From assembly GCA_965219995.1 (NCBI GenBank), contig CBDCOX010000002.1, positions 5,248,001-5,312,000 on the forward strand: 64,000 nucleotides of DNA. Direction: 5' to 3'. The DNA is from Candidatus Latescibacterota bacterium (GTDB lineage Bacteria > Latescibacterota > UBA2968 > GCA-2709665). Positions 30,445 through 40,473 of this stretch are shown here, piece after piece. How positions within the stretch are numbered: position 1 is the first letter of the stretch; each line of letters opens with the position of its first letter. The notes below the pieces were generated by a model, which ran no database searches, was not told the origin of the DNA, and worked only from the letters and a program-made list of their open reading frames with translations. Made by a program: the position numbers and the translations under genes.

Positions 30445-32538
30445 ATGAACACAAGCCCATGCAAGGCATTGCGCCGAGCGGTGGTCGGCAAAGGCGCCGT
30501 CTCGCTGCTGGCCGCGGCCGGATTGTCGGCATGCGACCCCGGCGCCGACCGTGCGCCTGAGGCCGTCGAGGCGAACGGGTCCGGTTACGCGTTTGCGAAC
30601 GTCAACGTGGTGTCGATGACCTCGGACCGCGTCGAGGCGGACTGGAACGTCGTCGTCGCCGACGGTCGGATCGCGGCCGCCGGGCCGGCCGCAAGCGTCG
30701 CGGTCCCGCCCGGCGCCCGGATCATCGACGGCGGCGGCAAGTACCTCGCTCCCGGTCTGGCGGACATGCACGCGCACCCCATGACCACGGCCGATCTCGA
30801 CGCCTACCTGGCCAACGGGGTGACCCTCATCCGCGCGATGTGGGGTGAACCGGTCGTGCTCGAGCTTCGCGAAGGCGTCGCCTCGGGCGCCATTGCGGGG
30901 CCGCGAATCATGACCGGCGGGCGCATCGTCGACGGCGAGCCCGTCATTCACTACGGCAGCGACATAGTGCTCAGCGCTCCCGACGCCCGGGACGTCGTGA
31001 CCCGGCACAAGGCGGCGGGCTACGACTTCATCAAGGTCTACTCCAACCTGAGCGTCGAGGCGTTCGACGCCATCGCCGAGGCGGCCAGGGCCAACGGCAT
31101 TCCCTTCGCCGGACACATCCCCGACGCCGTTCCCGCGGACCACGCGTTCCGGTCCGGCATGCAGACGGCGGAGCACCTGATCGGCATCGGCCCCGCAACG
31201 CTTGCCGACGGCGCCGAGTACTACACCCGCTTCGATCCGGCCTTCCCGCAGTACGCGGCGCGGATCGGCTCGGGCGAGATCTCCCTGGACGCGGTGTACG
31301 ACGACGCCAGGCTCCGGCAACTGGCGGAACTTGCCAGGGAGACCGGCATCTGGACGGTGCCCACCTTGACCACCCTCCGCGGCACCGCGCTGTCGCCCGA
31401 CGAGATGTCCGTGTTCTCCGCGCGTGACGCGGTGCAGTACGTCGACTACACCGTGATGTCCTTCTGGCGGATGTCCGCGGCCTTCCGGGCGGCTTGGACG
31501 CCCGACACCTACCGCGGAGCCCGGCTTCAGTTCGACGAAGAGCTGCGCCAGGTCAAGGTGTTCCACGATGCCGGAGCCCGCATCCTCGCCGGGACGGATG
31601 CGCCCAATCCATGGGCCTTCGTGGGTTTCGGCATGGTGGACGAGCTCGAGCTGTACGTCGCGGCCGGGCTGTCGCCCCACGCGGCGCTGCAGACGGCGAC
31701 GACCGCGCCCGCGGAGTTCATGAACGAGAGCGGCAAGAGCGGCATCGTCGCGCCCGGAGCGCGGGCGGATCTCGTCCTGCTCGACGGCGACCCGCTGGCC
31801 GACATCGCCGCCTACCGCCGCATCGACGGCGTCATGGCGGCGGGCGCGTGGTTCGATCGCGCGTCTCTCGACCGCCGCCTCGCGGCGTTGAAGACGGCCA
31901 GCGACCGCAAGGCGGCCGTGTTCGGCGACGCGCCCGCATGGCCTGTCGAGGGGTCCGAGAACGTCCTGATCAGCGCCGAGTTCGTACTCGAGCATGTCGA
32001 GGACCGTGCCGGCGCGGAGCGCATCGCATCGGTACCGATGCAGGACGGCTCGACCGCATATCTCGGACAGGTTCTCGGTCCTGACGGGTCGGTGCGGAAT
32101 ACGCGCGTGGAAGTCGGGGACGGAGGCTTCGCGCAGAAGATCACTGATGAGCGCGTATCTGGCGACGGCACGGTCGAGAGGCGCGTCTACGAACTGCCGG
32201 ACGCGGACGCCCACATCCTCACCGGCACCGCCCTCGACTGGCTCCTCCTCGGCGCAACGCTCGCGGCCATGGAGGACGGCGAGACCCGCGAGATCCCGAT
32301 ACGGCGCCTGAAGGACGGGGGTCTCGCCGAACCCGGAATCATGACCGCGACCCGCCATCCCAGCGAGGTGATCGTCGGGCACTTCTACTTCACCGGCGCA
32401 AACCGGTACGACATCGTCGTAAGCGATGCCGAAGGAGCCCGGGAACTCGGCGTCTGGATGGGCGGGGGCTTCTACACCGGCTGGCCGGTCAAGATCGTCG
32501 AACACGGCCGGACCATCGAGTACCGGAGAATCCTGTAG
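30445..32538 (+). CDS. Amidohydrolase family lipoprotein with C-terminal extension
   Basis: LSAC lipobox, PGLADMHAH, DFIKVY, AGTDAPN, ADLVLLDGDPL; GGAGG upstream of 30445. Confidence 0.88.
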   Translation: MNTSPCKALRRAVVGKGAVSLLAAAGLSACDPGADRAPEAVEANGSGYAFANVNVVSMTSDRVEADWNVVVADGRIAAAGPAASVAVPPGARIIDGGGKYLAPGLADMHAHPMTTADLDAYLANGVTLIRAMWGEPVVLELREGVASGAIAGPRIMTGGRIVDGEPVIHYGSDIVLSAPDARDVVTRHKAAGYDFIKVYSNLSVEAFDAIAEAARANGIPFAGHIPDAVPADHAFRSGMQTAEHLIGIGPATLADGAEYYTRFDPAFPQYAARIGSGEISLDAVYDDARLRQLAELARETGIWTVPTLTTLRGTALSPDEMSVFSARDAVQYVDYTVMSFWRMSAAFRAAWTPDTYRGARLQFDEELRQVKVFHDAGARILAGTDAPNPWAFVGFGMVDELELYVAAGLSPHAALQTATTAPAEFMNESGKSGIVAPGARADLVLLDGDPLADIAAYRRIDGVMAAGAWFDRASLDRRLAALKTASDRKAAVFGDAPAWPVEGSENVLISAEFVLEHVEDRAGAERIASVPMQDGSTAYLGQVLGPDGSVRNTRVEVGDGGFAQKITDERVSGDGTVERRVYELPDADAHILTGTALDWLLLGATLAAMEDGETREIPIRRLKDGGLAEPGIMTATRHPSEVIVGHFYFTGANRYDIVVSDAEGARELGVWMGGGFYTGWPVKIVEHGRTIEYRRIL

Positions 32539-32709
32539 GCGGGGCTTGCGTCAAGCTGCCGGCCTTGCGTTTCGCCGTCGCGCACCAGGCAGGCACGGGA
32601 AGGCCGAGCATACACTGGGGCAACCCATCGTTTGCCGCGTCTATGAGGGATAACGAGTCATGTGGCTGCCGCGGGCTCGACCTCAACCGTACGAACGGGG
32701 GATCTGATC

Positions 32710-34874
32710 ATGCGCCATCGCAGGTTTGCCATTGGTCTGTTGCTGGGGGGGGGGCACTGCTGTTTTCGGTGACCGGGTTCGCTCAGGAAGGCGACGCCGA
32801 TGAAGTCATCGAGGAAATCGTCGTAACCGCCTTGAAAAGGGGTACCGGGACCACGCTGCTCGATACGCCGCTCGCGGTCTCGGCGATCGCCGGAAGCGAG
32901 TTGGAGGATCGGGGAATCAACTCCGTATTCGAGGCGTTCGCTTTGGCCCCGGGGGTGTCGGTGGCCGAGGTCGGCGGCCAGGGCGGCGGCGTGTCGATAC
33001 GGGGCGTGGCCGGTGCGCTGGGCGATTCTCCGATCGGATATTACCTCGACGACCTGCCGTTCACGCGTATCGGCCAGAACGTCAATCCGGACCTCAACCC
33101 TTACGACCTCGACCGGATCGAGGTATTGCGCGGGCCGCAGGGCACGCTGTTCGGCCTTGGGTCCGCGGGCGGCACGGTCCGCATCATCACCGGGCGCCCC
33201 GACCCGACCCGGTTCGAGGCCAAGGCAACCGTAGCCTGGTCGGGAACGAAGAGCGGCGATGACAACCATCGGCTGCAGGGGGCCGTAAAAGTCCCGCTAC
33301 TCCAGGACAAGGTGGCATTGCGTCTTGTCGGCTCAAACGTGGAATACGGCGGTTTCATCGACCGGCTCGAGGGAAACGACGACTTCAACGAAGACGACGA
33401 CGCCTCCTATAGGGCCAAGCTGCTGATCGAGCCGGTCGAGAGTTTCTCTGCCGTGGTCAGCTACTGGCACTCCGAAAACACCACCCACAACCGCTTCGCC
33501 AACGAAGACCTGGAACGCCATGCACCGCTCTTCCTGACCAATCCCTTGACCTTCGGTCCCGACTTCACGCAACCGACCGTTTCCCGAGGCAACCACTGGG
33601 CCGTTGCGGAAAACGAGTTTGACCTGTCCGGCCTGGTGCTGGAGTACGAAACGGAGGCATACAGGATCACGAGCAGCACCTCGCACCTGGAATACGAGTC
33701 GCTGCAGCTCTACGACGATTTCGTGGTCGGCGTATTCAGCCTGTTGTTCGATGTCGAGACATTCGCACAGGAGATCAACGTCGCGTCCGTGCAGGAAGGG
33801 GCGTTCGACTGGGTATTGGGCGGCATCTACCTGGAAAACGACATGTATTCCGATTTCCAGTTCGGGCTGCTGTTCCCCGGCGCGCCCGACCCCACCTTCG
33901 TTCCCACCGGTGGCACGGACAGTTCCGTCGAACAGTGGGCCGTTTTCGGCGAGGTGTCCTACGATCTCTCGACACGCTGGGCACTGACCCTGGGCGGGCG
34001 CTACGCGTCGGACGACCGGGCGTCGGTCAGCAATCTCGACCCGTCCGACAGGCCGTCGGGCAGTTTCGAGAAGTTCACGGGCAGGGCGAACCTCGCCTGG
34101 CGGCCCACGGACGATGCGCTGCTCTACGTCAACTTCGCTCAAGCCTATCGGGCTGGAGGATTCAATACCCGCATTGCGCTCGCCACCGCGCTCGCCAATG
34201 GAATCGAGGGGGTGGTACCGGCCGTCGAGCCCGACGAGGTGACGACGTACGAGATCGGGGCCAAATTCGGCTTGCTGGAGGGCGACCTGGATCTCGAGCT
34301 GACGGCTTACACTCTGGACTGGAAAAACAATCAGATCTTCGTTCAATACGTCGATCGGGTGGTCAACCCGGGGGTGCTTACCGCCAACAACCAGAACGCG
34401 GCGACGGTGGACGGGAAGGGCATCGACATCGCCGTGAGTTACCGGGGCATCGAAGGCATGACCCTCGGTCTGACGGCCAACATCTCCGATACGGAGTACG
34501 CCTCGGACGTTCCGGGGGCCGGCATTTCGGAGGGCGACGCTTTCTTTCAGGCCGCGGACCTGACCCTCTCCGCCCTGGCGGGCTACCGCCGGCCAATTGC
34601 GCGTGGACTGCACCTGTCAGTATTGGGCACCCTCAGCCACATCACGGAACGCGAGGATCGTTCACTCGCCGGGGTCTTCCGGTCCGACAAGACAACGCTT
34701 GTCAACGCCCGGGCAGGCGTGGAAGCGGAAAAATGGAGCCTTTTCGTGACAGCCGAAAACCTCTTCGACGAGGACGGCGCCGTGAGTCAGTTCGTCGCCT
34801 TCATCCCGTCAGGAGGCGAACCGATCAGACCGTGGCCGCGAACCATCGGTATCGAGTTGAACGTGCGAATCTGA
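32710..34874 (+). CDS. TonB-dependent receptor with its signal peptide frameshifted at a G10 tract (32745-32754)
   Basis: IEEIVVTALKR, RIEVLRGPQGTLFG, PRTIGIELNVRI; the ATG at 32710 joins the body only with G11 or G8. Confidence 0.85.
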
Positions 34875-35068
34875 AGAATGCGCCGAAACACGCGAAGCTG
34901 ACCCCATCTCCCGGTCGGCGCGCTGATCACCGCCTGCGAACAGCGCCCTCCCCTGCCAGCGCGGCGTCCCGAGGGGCGCGTCATCCCCGGCGCCCTGGCC
35001 GATCAGGATCGGGGGTTTGCGTTCCGGAACTCCGGTAGCCACCGGAAAACAGCGCTCTCCGCAGCCAG

Positions 35069-35747
35069 TCAACGGAGCGCCGGCAGTATCACGTCCAGGA
35101 CGATATCGACACCGCCGGACAAGCCGTCCTGCGTCAGCGGGCTCGCCTCCGGACCCCCACGGGGAGTACCGGCAGTCTGCACGACAACCAGGTCGAGACC
35201 GCGGAAGACGAAGGCGTACTGGCCGCCGGAACCGCCCAGCGCAATCACGGGATGGCCGCCCAGTTCCTTGAGCCCGAAATGCAGCCCGTACCCGGCCATG
35301 CCCCGTACCGGCGGCACGCCGATACTGGCATAGAAAGCATCGAGGAAGGGCCCGTCGACGCCGGGAGTACAAGCGGTCGCCAGTTCCAGCCAGTCGCGCG
35401 GCACCACCGGGCGGCCGTCTACGCTGCCGTGATTCAGTACGCAAAGGCCGAGGCGCGCCAGGTCACGCGGCCGCATGCAGAGTTCCGATGGCCCGACCTC
35501 CGCCGGCCAGGTTACAGCGCCGGGGACCGAAACGGCGCGCGGCCATTCGAACTCTCCGATGCCCAGCGGGTCTGCAAGCCACTCGCGGGCCAATTCCGAA
35601 AGCGAAACACCGGCCGCGCAGGGTCTCGGCCACCATCTGGCTGTCCGCCGCGCTGTAGACCCAGGCGCATCCGGGTTCGTGCAGCACTTCCAGCGCATCG
35701 CTGAAAAAGAAGGCTACCCGCGCAAGCGGGCCATTACCCTGCGCCAT
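35069..35747 (-). pseudogene. Truncated, frameshifted NylB/beta-lactamase-like serine hydrolase
   Basis: EPGCAWVYSAAD in one frame; LADPLGI..MRPRDLARLG..GYGLHF..LGGSGGQY..LDLVVV in another; no SxxK half found. Confidence 0.7.
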
Positions 35748-36150
35748 TGCACCTCGCCCACATCACGCGGGTCGGCGTCGTGCATGCAGAAGCGGCGTAT
35801 GAAGGCCTCCGTCAGGCTGTCCTCGCGCTCGTCAGGCGATTCGCCGGCAAGGCGCACGCCCGGGGCCAAACCCCTACGTCGATCCAGATCCCTGTCGTGA
35901 GACGCGGCGGCACGAAACTCAGGTCGATGTCGCACGCATCCCGCATCCATCGCGACTTCGCCGGCAGACCTCCATGCAGGATGATCGACGCCCGTGCAAG
36001 GTGTCGACACGAAGCTCGCGCACGGCCCCCAACGCGCCCCCGGGACGGCGACCCCGCGCGCGTTGAGCGCCCCGCGGGGGGCGTGCTATCGTCGGGCAGC
36101 GACGCCGGTCCGCACGGTGCCCCGCGCCGCCCACGCCGGAGGAACGAGCC

Positions 36151-36873
36151 ATGAGCGAACCCGCCGTCCCCGTCCCGCCGCGGGTCGTTGAATATCCCTC
36201 CTCGGACGGACGGCCGGTGGCGGAGACTCCCCTGCACTACGACCGCCTGCGCGACGCGGCGACGGCGCTCCAGATCCGCTACCAACGCCGCGCCGACGTG
36301 TTCGTCGGCGCCAACATGCTGGTCTACGACACTCCGGGGGACAAGCGCCGGCACCTAAGTCCCGACGTGTTCGTCGCGTTCGGCGTGGGCAACCACGACC
36401 GCGAAGTCTACAAGCTGTGGGAGGAGCGTTCGCCGGCGTTCGTGCTGGAGATCACGTCGAAAGGCACGCACGGGGAGGACGTGGGCACAAAGCGGCGGCG
36501 CTACGCGGAGTGGGGGGTGGCGGAGTATTTCCTGTACGACCCCCGCGCAGAGTATCTCGATCCACCGTTGCGGGGGCTGTCGCTGGTCGGGCGGGGATAC
36601 CGCGCGATGTCCGAGCGCGTGTTGCCGAATGGCGCGCGGGGCCACTTCAGCGAGGCGCTGGGCCTGTGGCTGTGGCTACGCGGCGGCGAGTTGCGCCTTT
36701 ACGACCCGGCGACCGGGGCGGATCTGCTGACGCCCGCGGAGCAGGTCGCCCGCGCCGATGCGGCCACCGCCCGCGCCGAGACGGAGGCCGCCCGTGCGGA
36801 GACAGAGGCCAAAGGCCGCACCCGCGCCGAGGCCCGCGTGCGCGAGCTTGAGGCCCGGCTGCGCGATCGTTAG
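36151..36873 (+). CDS. Uma2 (DUF820) family endonuclease with coiled-coil tail
   Basis: YPSSDGRPVAET, PDVFV, VLEITS, YAEWGVAEYFLYDP. Confidence 0.92.
   Translation: MSEPAVPVPPRVVEYPSSDGRPVAETPLHYDRLRDAATALQIRYQRRADVFVGANMLVYDTPGDKRRHLSPDVFVAFGVGNHDREVYKLWEERSPAFVLEITSKGTHGEDVGTKRRRYAEWGVAEYFLYDPRAEYLDPPLRGLSLVGRGYRAMSERVLPNGARGHFSEALGLWLWLRGGELRLYDPATGADLLTPAEQVARADAATARAETEAARAETEAKGRTRAEARVRELEARLRDR
36748..36810 (+). repeat. Three imperfect 21-nt coding repeats (ARADAAT/ARAETEA/ARAETEA)
   Basis: Units at 36748, 36769 and 36790. Confidence 0.8.
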
Positions 36874-36930
36874 GAAACTCCGATCGTACAGGACGCCGTC
36901 GCGGGAGACGGGACCCCACGCCCAGGAACT

Positions 36931-37266
36931 TCAACGCGAAAGAGGCGGCTCACCAAGGGCGGTCTCACTCGTCGTGACCGGCTCGCGCGCGCGCCACACG
37001 GGCTCCCGGCGGGGTCGTCCGCGCCGGGGGTAGGCCCGCGCGTAGAAGGCGGCCAGCTCGATCTGCCTCTCCGAGAGCTGCGGAAACGCCTCGTGGATCG
37101 CCTGAGCACTGTCGCCGTTGGCCAGCATCTCGGCGATGTCGTGAACCGGAATGCGGGTTCCCTTCACGCACGGTGTTCCCGACAGTACCCCCTCGTCACG
37201 CTCGACCGCGTCGGGAGCACTCGAAAGCATGGCGAGACCTTCCCTAGAACTCGGGTGGCCGCTCAT
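36931..37266 (-). CDS. DUF433-domain protein, probably N-terminally truncated
   Basis: VLSGTPCVKGTRIPVHDI...FPQLSERQIELA...YPRRGRPR; TGATG overlap with DUF5131; alternative start 37230. Confidence 0.75.
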   Translation of the reverse strand: MSGHPSSREGLAMLSSAPDAVERDEGVLSGTPCVKGTRIPVHDIAEMLANGDSAQAIHEAFPQLSERQIELAAFYARAYPRRGRPRREPVWRAREPVTTSETALGEPPLSR

Positions 37267-38036
37267 CACGATGCCACTTGAGTTGCATGGGGATATTCCT
37301 TCTCGAAGTCCTTGAAGTGCAGGGGCATCGCGTTGTGCTCGACGCCTTCCAGCGTGCGACCGCCGGCCTTCGGAGTCTGGCCGCCCCACTGCTTGAAAAA
37401 GAAGGGAACGCCGGCGGCACCGCACTGGTCGCGAACGTCACGGGCCCAATCGAGGTGTAGGGCGCGCGCGTTGGGGCCGCTCTCTCCGCCGACGATCACC
37501 CAGGAGATTCCCTCGAGGTCGAGCGTGCCGACTGGGCCGAGCAGGGGTTCTATCGAAAGGAAGCGAATGGCCGCCGGACTCGCCTGCAGGTGACGGATGC
37601 GGGCGGCGCCCTCCGCGTCTTCGACGGAGACTCCGCACCAGATGTGCGCCGGGACCAGCGAGCTGGGGTAACGGGCGCGCAGGTAATCGCGCATGAGCGA
37701 ACTGCGTTTGGTGAGCAGTTGGTAGACGTGCTGGTCGGCCGTCTCCATCTCGGCGAAGACCTGATCGACGAATGCGCGCGGGACCTGACGGTGGAACAAG
37801 TCGCTCATGGAGTTGACGAAGATCATGCGGGGCTTCCGCCATCGGGACGGCTGATCGAGGCGCGATGGCCAGAGGCGGAGGTCGAAGCCCTGTTCGTACG
37901 GATGCCCCGGAACGCCCCGCCACCGTTCGGCGAAGCGTGCCGCATAGCAGTTGTCGCACCCGCGGGTGATCTTGGTACAGCCTGTGACGGGGTTCCAGGT
38001 TGCGTCGGTCCATTCGATGGCAGAGTGGTCAGCCAT
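37266..38036 (-). CDS. DUF5131 / phage Gp37-Gp68 family protein (CxxxxxxCxxC, radical-SAM-like)
   Basis: SAIEWTDATWNPVTGCTKITRGCDNCYA, FVNSMSDLFH, WVIVGGESG, FFFKQWGG. Confidence 0.92.
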   Translation of the reverse strand: MADHSAIEWTDATWNPVTGCTKITRGCDNCYAARFAERWRGVPGHPYEQGFDLRLWPSRLDQPSRWRKPRMIFVNSMSDLFHRQVPRAFVDQVFAEMETADQHVYQLLTKRSSLMRDYLRARYPSSLVPAHIWCGVSVEDAEGAARIRHLQASPAAIRFLSIEPLLGPVGTLDLEGISWVIVGGESGPNARALHLDWARDVRDQCGAAGVPFFFKQWGGQTPKAGGRTLEGVEHNAMPLHFKDFEKEYPHATQVAS

Positions 38037-38099
38037 GGCGGCGCATCCTCTGCTGCGAGTGGTCGTCAACCGCAGCGCGGAACTGACGGGTGGCTATCG

Positions 38100-39218
38100 T
38101 CACACCGATCCTGCGAGGCAAAGCTCCGCCCGCCAGCGAATCTCGCGCATAGAACTGCCCCGGTCGAGCATCGGCACGACTTCGCAAAGCAAGTCATGCC
38201 ATCGCGTGAGTTCAAGGTCATCTAACTCGGGGCAGACGATCTCATGCTCGCCAAAGTACTGGCGTGCCCAAGCGGACTCCCCGCGCAGATGCCCCCCGGA
38301 GCCTATGGCCGTTGTCGTCACTTCTCCACGTCTGACCCGACCGATGTGCCTTGCCAACTCCTCTCGGAGCACATCGAGCCGCCGAACGACCTCTGTCTGC
38401 GCGGGCAATCCAGAGCGCCGTTCCATCGCAGGCTGCTCGCCCAAGTCCGGCGGCAAGCCGCTTGGAAACAGGTAGCGCCGCGCCTCCATCCGATCTTCGT
38501 CGCTGTAGACACCGCTGACGGTCCGGAAGCCGATGTCGCCCGCGGCAGCCACATGCCTCTCGTCCCCCTTGGCCAGCAGATGCTCTGCCCAAGCCACGTC
38601 CACGTAAACCGGATCCCGTTGCTTGGGTGCGGCCCTGAAGATCTCCACCACGCGCTCGGCTTCTTCGGTGTCTTGGCTCCGTGCTATAAGCTTGCCCGCG
38701 AGCTTGCCCGAGCCAGGCGCCCCGCCGAATGCTCGACGGTCGTCGATTTCCGGCGTCCCCATCTGCGCGATCTCGTCCGGTGTCGCGATGGCAGTCGAAC
38801 TGCCTCGCCTGACGTAAACCGCGTGCTTCTTGACCTTCCCGTAATCCCGTATCGCGTAGCGTAGACCTGATCGCGAGGGTATGTGGAGAACGCCGATGGA
38901 GAGGTCGTCGTGCGTTGCTTCCCGGTAAGAAAACGCCACGGGGCGCTGCGTCTTGCTGCTCACAAACTCTTGGAGCTTCGCATCATCTAGGTGCTCGGCA
39001 ACGCCGACCACCTCGCTTCTCGTCCCGCGCCTTTCCTCCACGCCGACCAGAATGTAGGCGTCGCCCTGGGTGTTGGCGAAGGCCAGCAAGTCCTTCAGCA
39101 GCTCGCTCTTCGAAATCCTGTCGGCCCTCTCGAACGGGTACTGCTCGCGCTTGAAGTCGAGGGTTTCTCCCTCATCCGAGCGAAGCAACTGCTCGATCAA
39201 GTCCGGCTGGATGGCCAT
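38100..39218 (-). CDS. Schlafen/AlbA_2-domain protein with unrecognised C-terminal region
   Basis: EGETLDFKREQY, ELLKDLLAFANT, YILVGVEE, YVRRGSST. Confidence 0.85.
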   Translation of the reverse strand: MAIQPDLIEQLLRSDEGETLDFKREQYPFERADRISKSELLKDLLAFANTQGDAYILVGVEERRGTRSEVVGVAEHLDDAKLQEFVSSKTQRPVAFSYREATHDDLSIGVLHIPSRSGLRYAIRDYGKVKKHAVYVRRGSSTAIATPDEIAQMGTPEIDDRRAFGGAPGSGKLAGKLIARSQDTEEAERVVEIFRAAPKQRDPVYVDVAWAEHLLAKGDERHVAAAGDIGFRTVSGVYSDEDRMEARRYLFPSGLPPDLGEQPAMERRSGLPAQTEVVRRLDVLREELARHIGRVRRGEVTTTAIGSGGHLRGESAWARQYFGEHEIVCPELDDLELTRWHDLLCEVVPMLDRGSSMREIRWRAELCLAGSV

Positions 39219-39562
39219 GGTCCGTCTGAACCCCTCCGTGGTGCGTCGGGTCGCCCACCTCTCGACCACACGGAAGGCGTGGGCCGCAGCGACCATCCAC
39301 GTACCTTGTCGGCCTTTCGATGGGAGCCCTTCCCGAGATCCGTGCAGGCGGAGTCTCCCTGACGCTCCCAGAGCTTAGTGTACCGTCTCACGCATCCATG
39401 TCGGCGGCGGCACGCCCGGTCCCGCGCCGCGGCCTGTCCCGCGCCCAGGAGCGCCAGCCCGAGGCGTGTGCCGAAACGCGGCGCGATGCTCCCTCCCGCC
39501 CACCGAGAGGGATTCAGCGCAGCTCGGCACCGTGAGCCGACAGGTACAATCGCCCGTCTGCG

Positions 39563-40075
39563 TTGAGCAAGGAGACCACGTTGCCGACGGGAGAGCAGAT
39601 CGAAGCCATGATTGAAGGCAGCAACGGGCTGGACATGATCCACGGCCCCGAGCGCTACCATGGCGCGTATTCCGTGGCGCTACATGCGTTGCTCGATGGT
39701 GCGCACGTCGTGTGGGCCTACACCAACGAGCACTTTCGCCTAGAGACTCTGGCCGGATCACCAGACGTTGACACCGGCGAGCTTCAAGGGCGCTTCCACC
39801 TTTTCGAGTTCCCCACCGGGGAAGACGGCGGCAGGCACATCCCCCAGGCTGAGTTGCGCGCCTGCCTCCAGCGTCTGCGCCGGGTCGTCAAAGGCATCAA
39901 GGCTCGCCGCATCGTCTGCGTCGTCCACTCCGTTTCGGACTTGACCGGCTTTCGGGCGGGCCGGGAGGACGAGCAGCGCGTCTGGCTCATCCTCGGAGCG
40001 CTAGAGAAGATCGCGGACAGAGCCCAAGTCGTGATGACGCACGAGGCGACACAGTTCGTCGCCACCGCGCACTAG
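39563..40075 (+). CDS. Hypothetical protein
   Basis: 170-aa ORF with globular composition; TACAAT just upstream; start uncertain. Confidence 0.6.
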   Translation: MSKETTLPTGEQIEAMIEGSNGLDMIHGPERYHGAYSVALHALLDGAHVVWAYTNEHFRLETLAGSPDVDTGELQGRFHLFEFPTGEDGGRHIPQAELRACLQRLRRVVKGIKARRIVCVVHSVSDLTGFRAGREDEQRVWLILGALEKIADRAQVVMTHEATQFVATAH

Positions 40076-40473
40076 GGCAAGCTGTGAACCGAGAAGGCCG
40101 ACCAAGACTGGCTGGGGAAGGCCATCCCAACAAAGCCCCGAGCGTCCCGGTCGCAGCGGTACACGTCCGCCATCGAGTCGATGCTCCCAGCACGGACAGT
40201 TCGACCACTAGGATTCCGGCCCAGGCGACTTCGACACGGACGGCATCGAAGTGTCCCCCCAGTGGGGACTTCGGTCGAAACCGCGAGGAGAGCGATGCAG
40301 CATCGTCCCTCTCGTCTTCCTGCCGCCGGAGCTGGGTGATGTCCGATAGTTGGCCCATGGGGCCATCGCACCCCGCCCCTGCCCGATCAGCCCGCGGCAG
40401 CATTTGACTGTCATGGGCTATCGCGGACGGGTGTCGGCTGGCTACCGTCCGACATGACGCGAAAGGGAAACGC

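Noticed and set aside
32560-32700. Possible cobalamin riboswitch upstream of the TBDR (GGGAAGG present)
   Set aside because: Other conserved core elements not found; needs an Infernal/Rfam scan
36748-36810. 21-nt repeats as a CRISPR-like array
   Set aside because: In-frame coiled-coil heptads without spacers, typical of Uma2 tails
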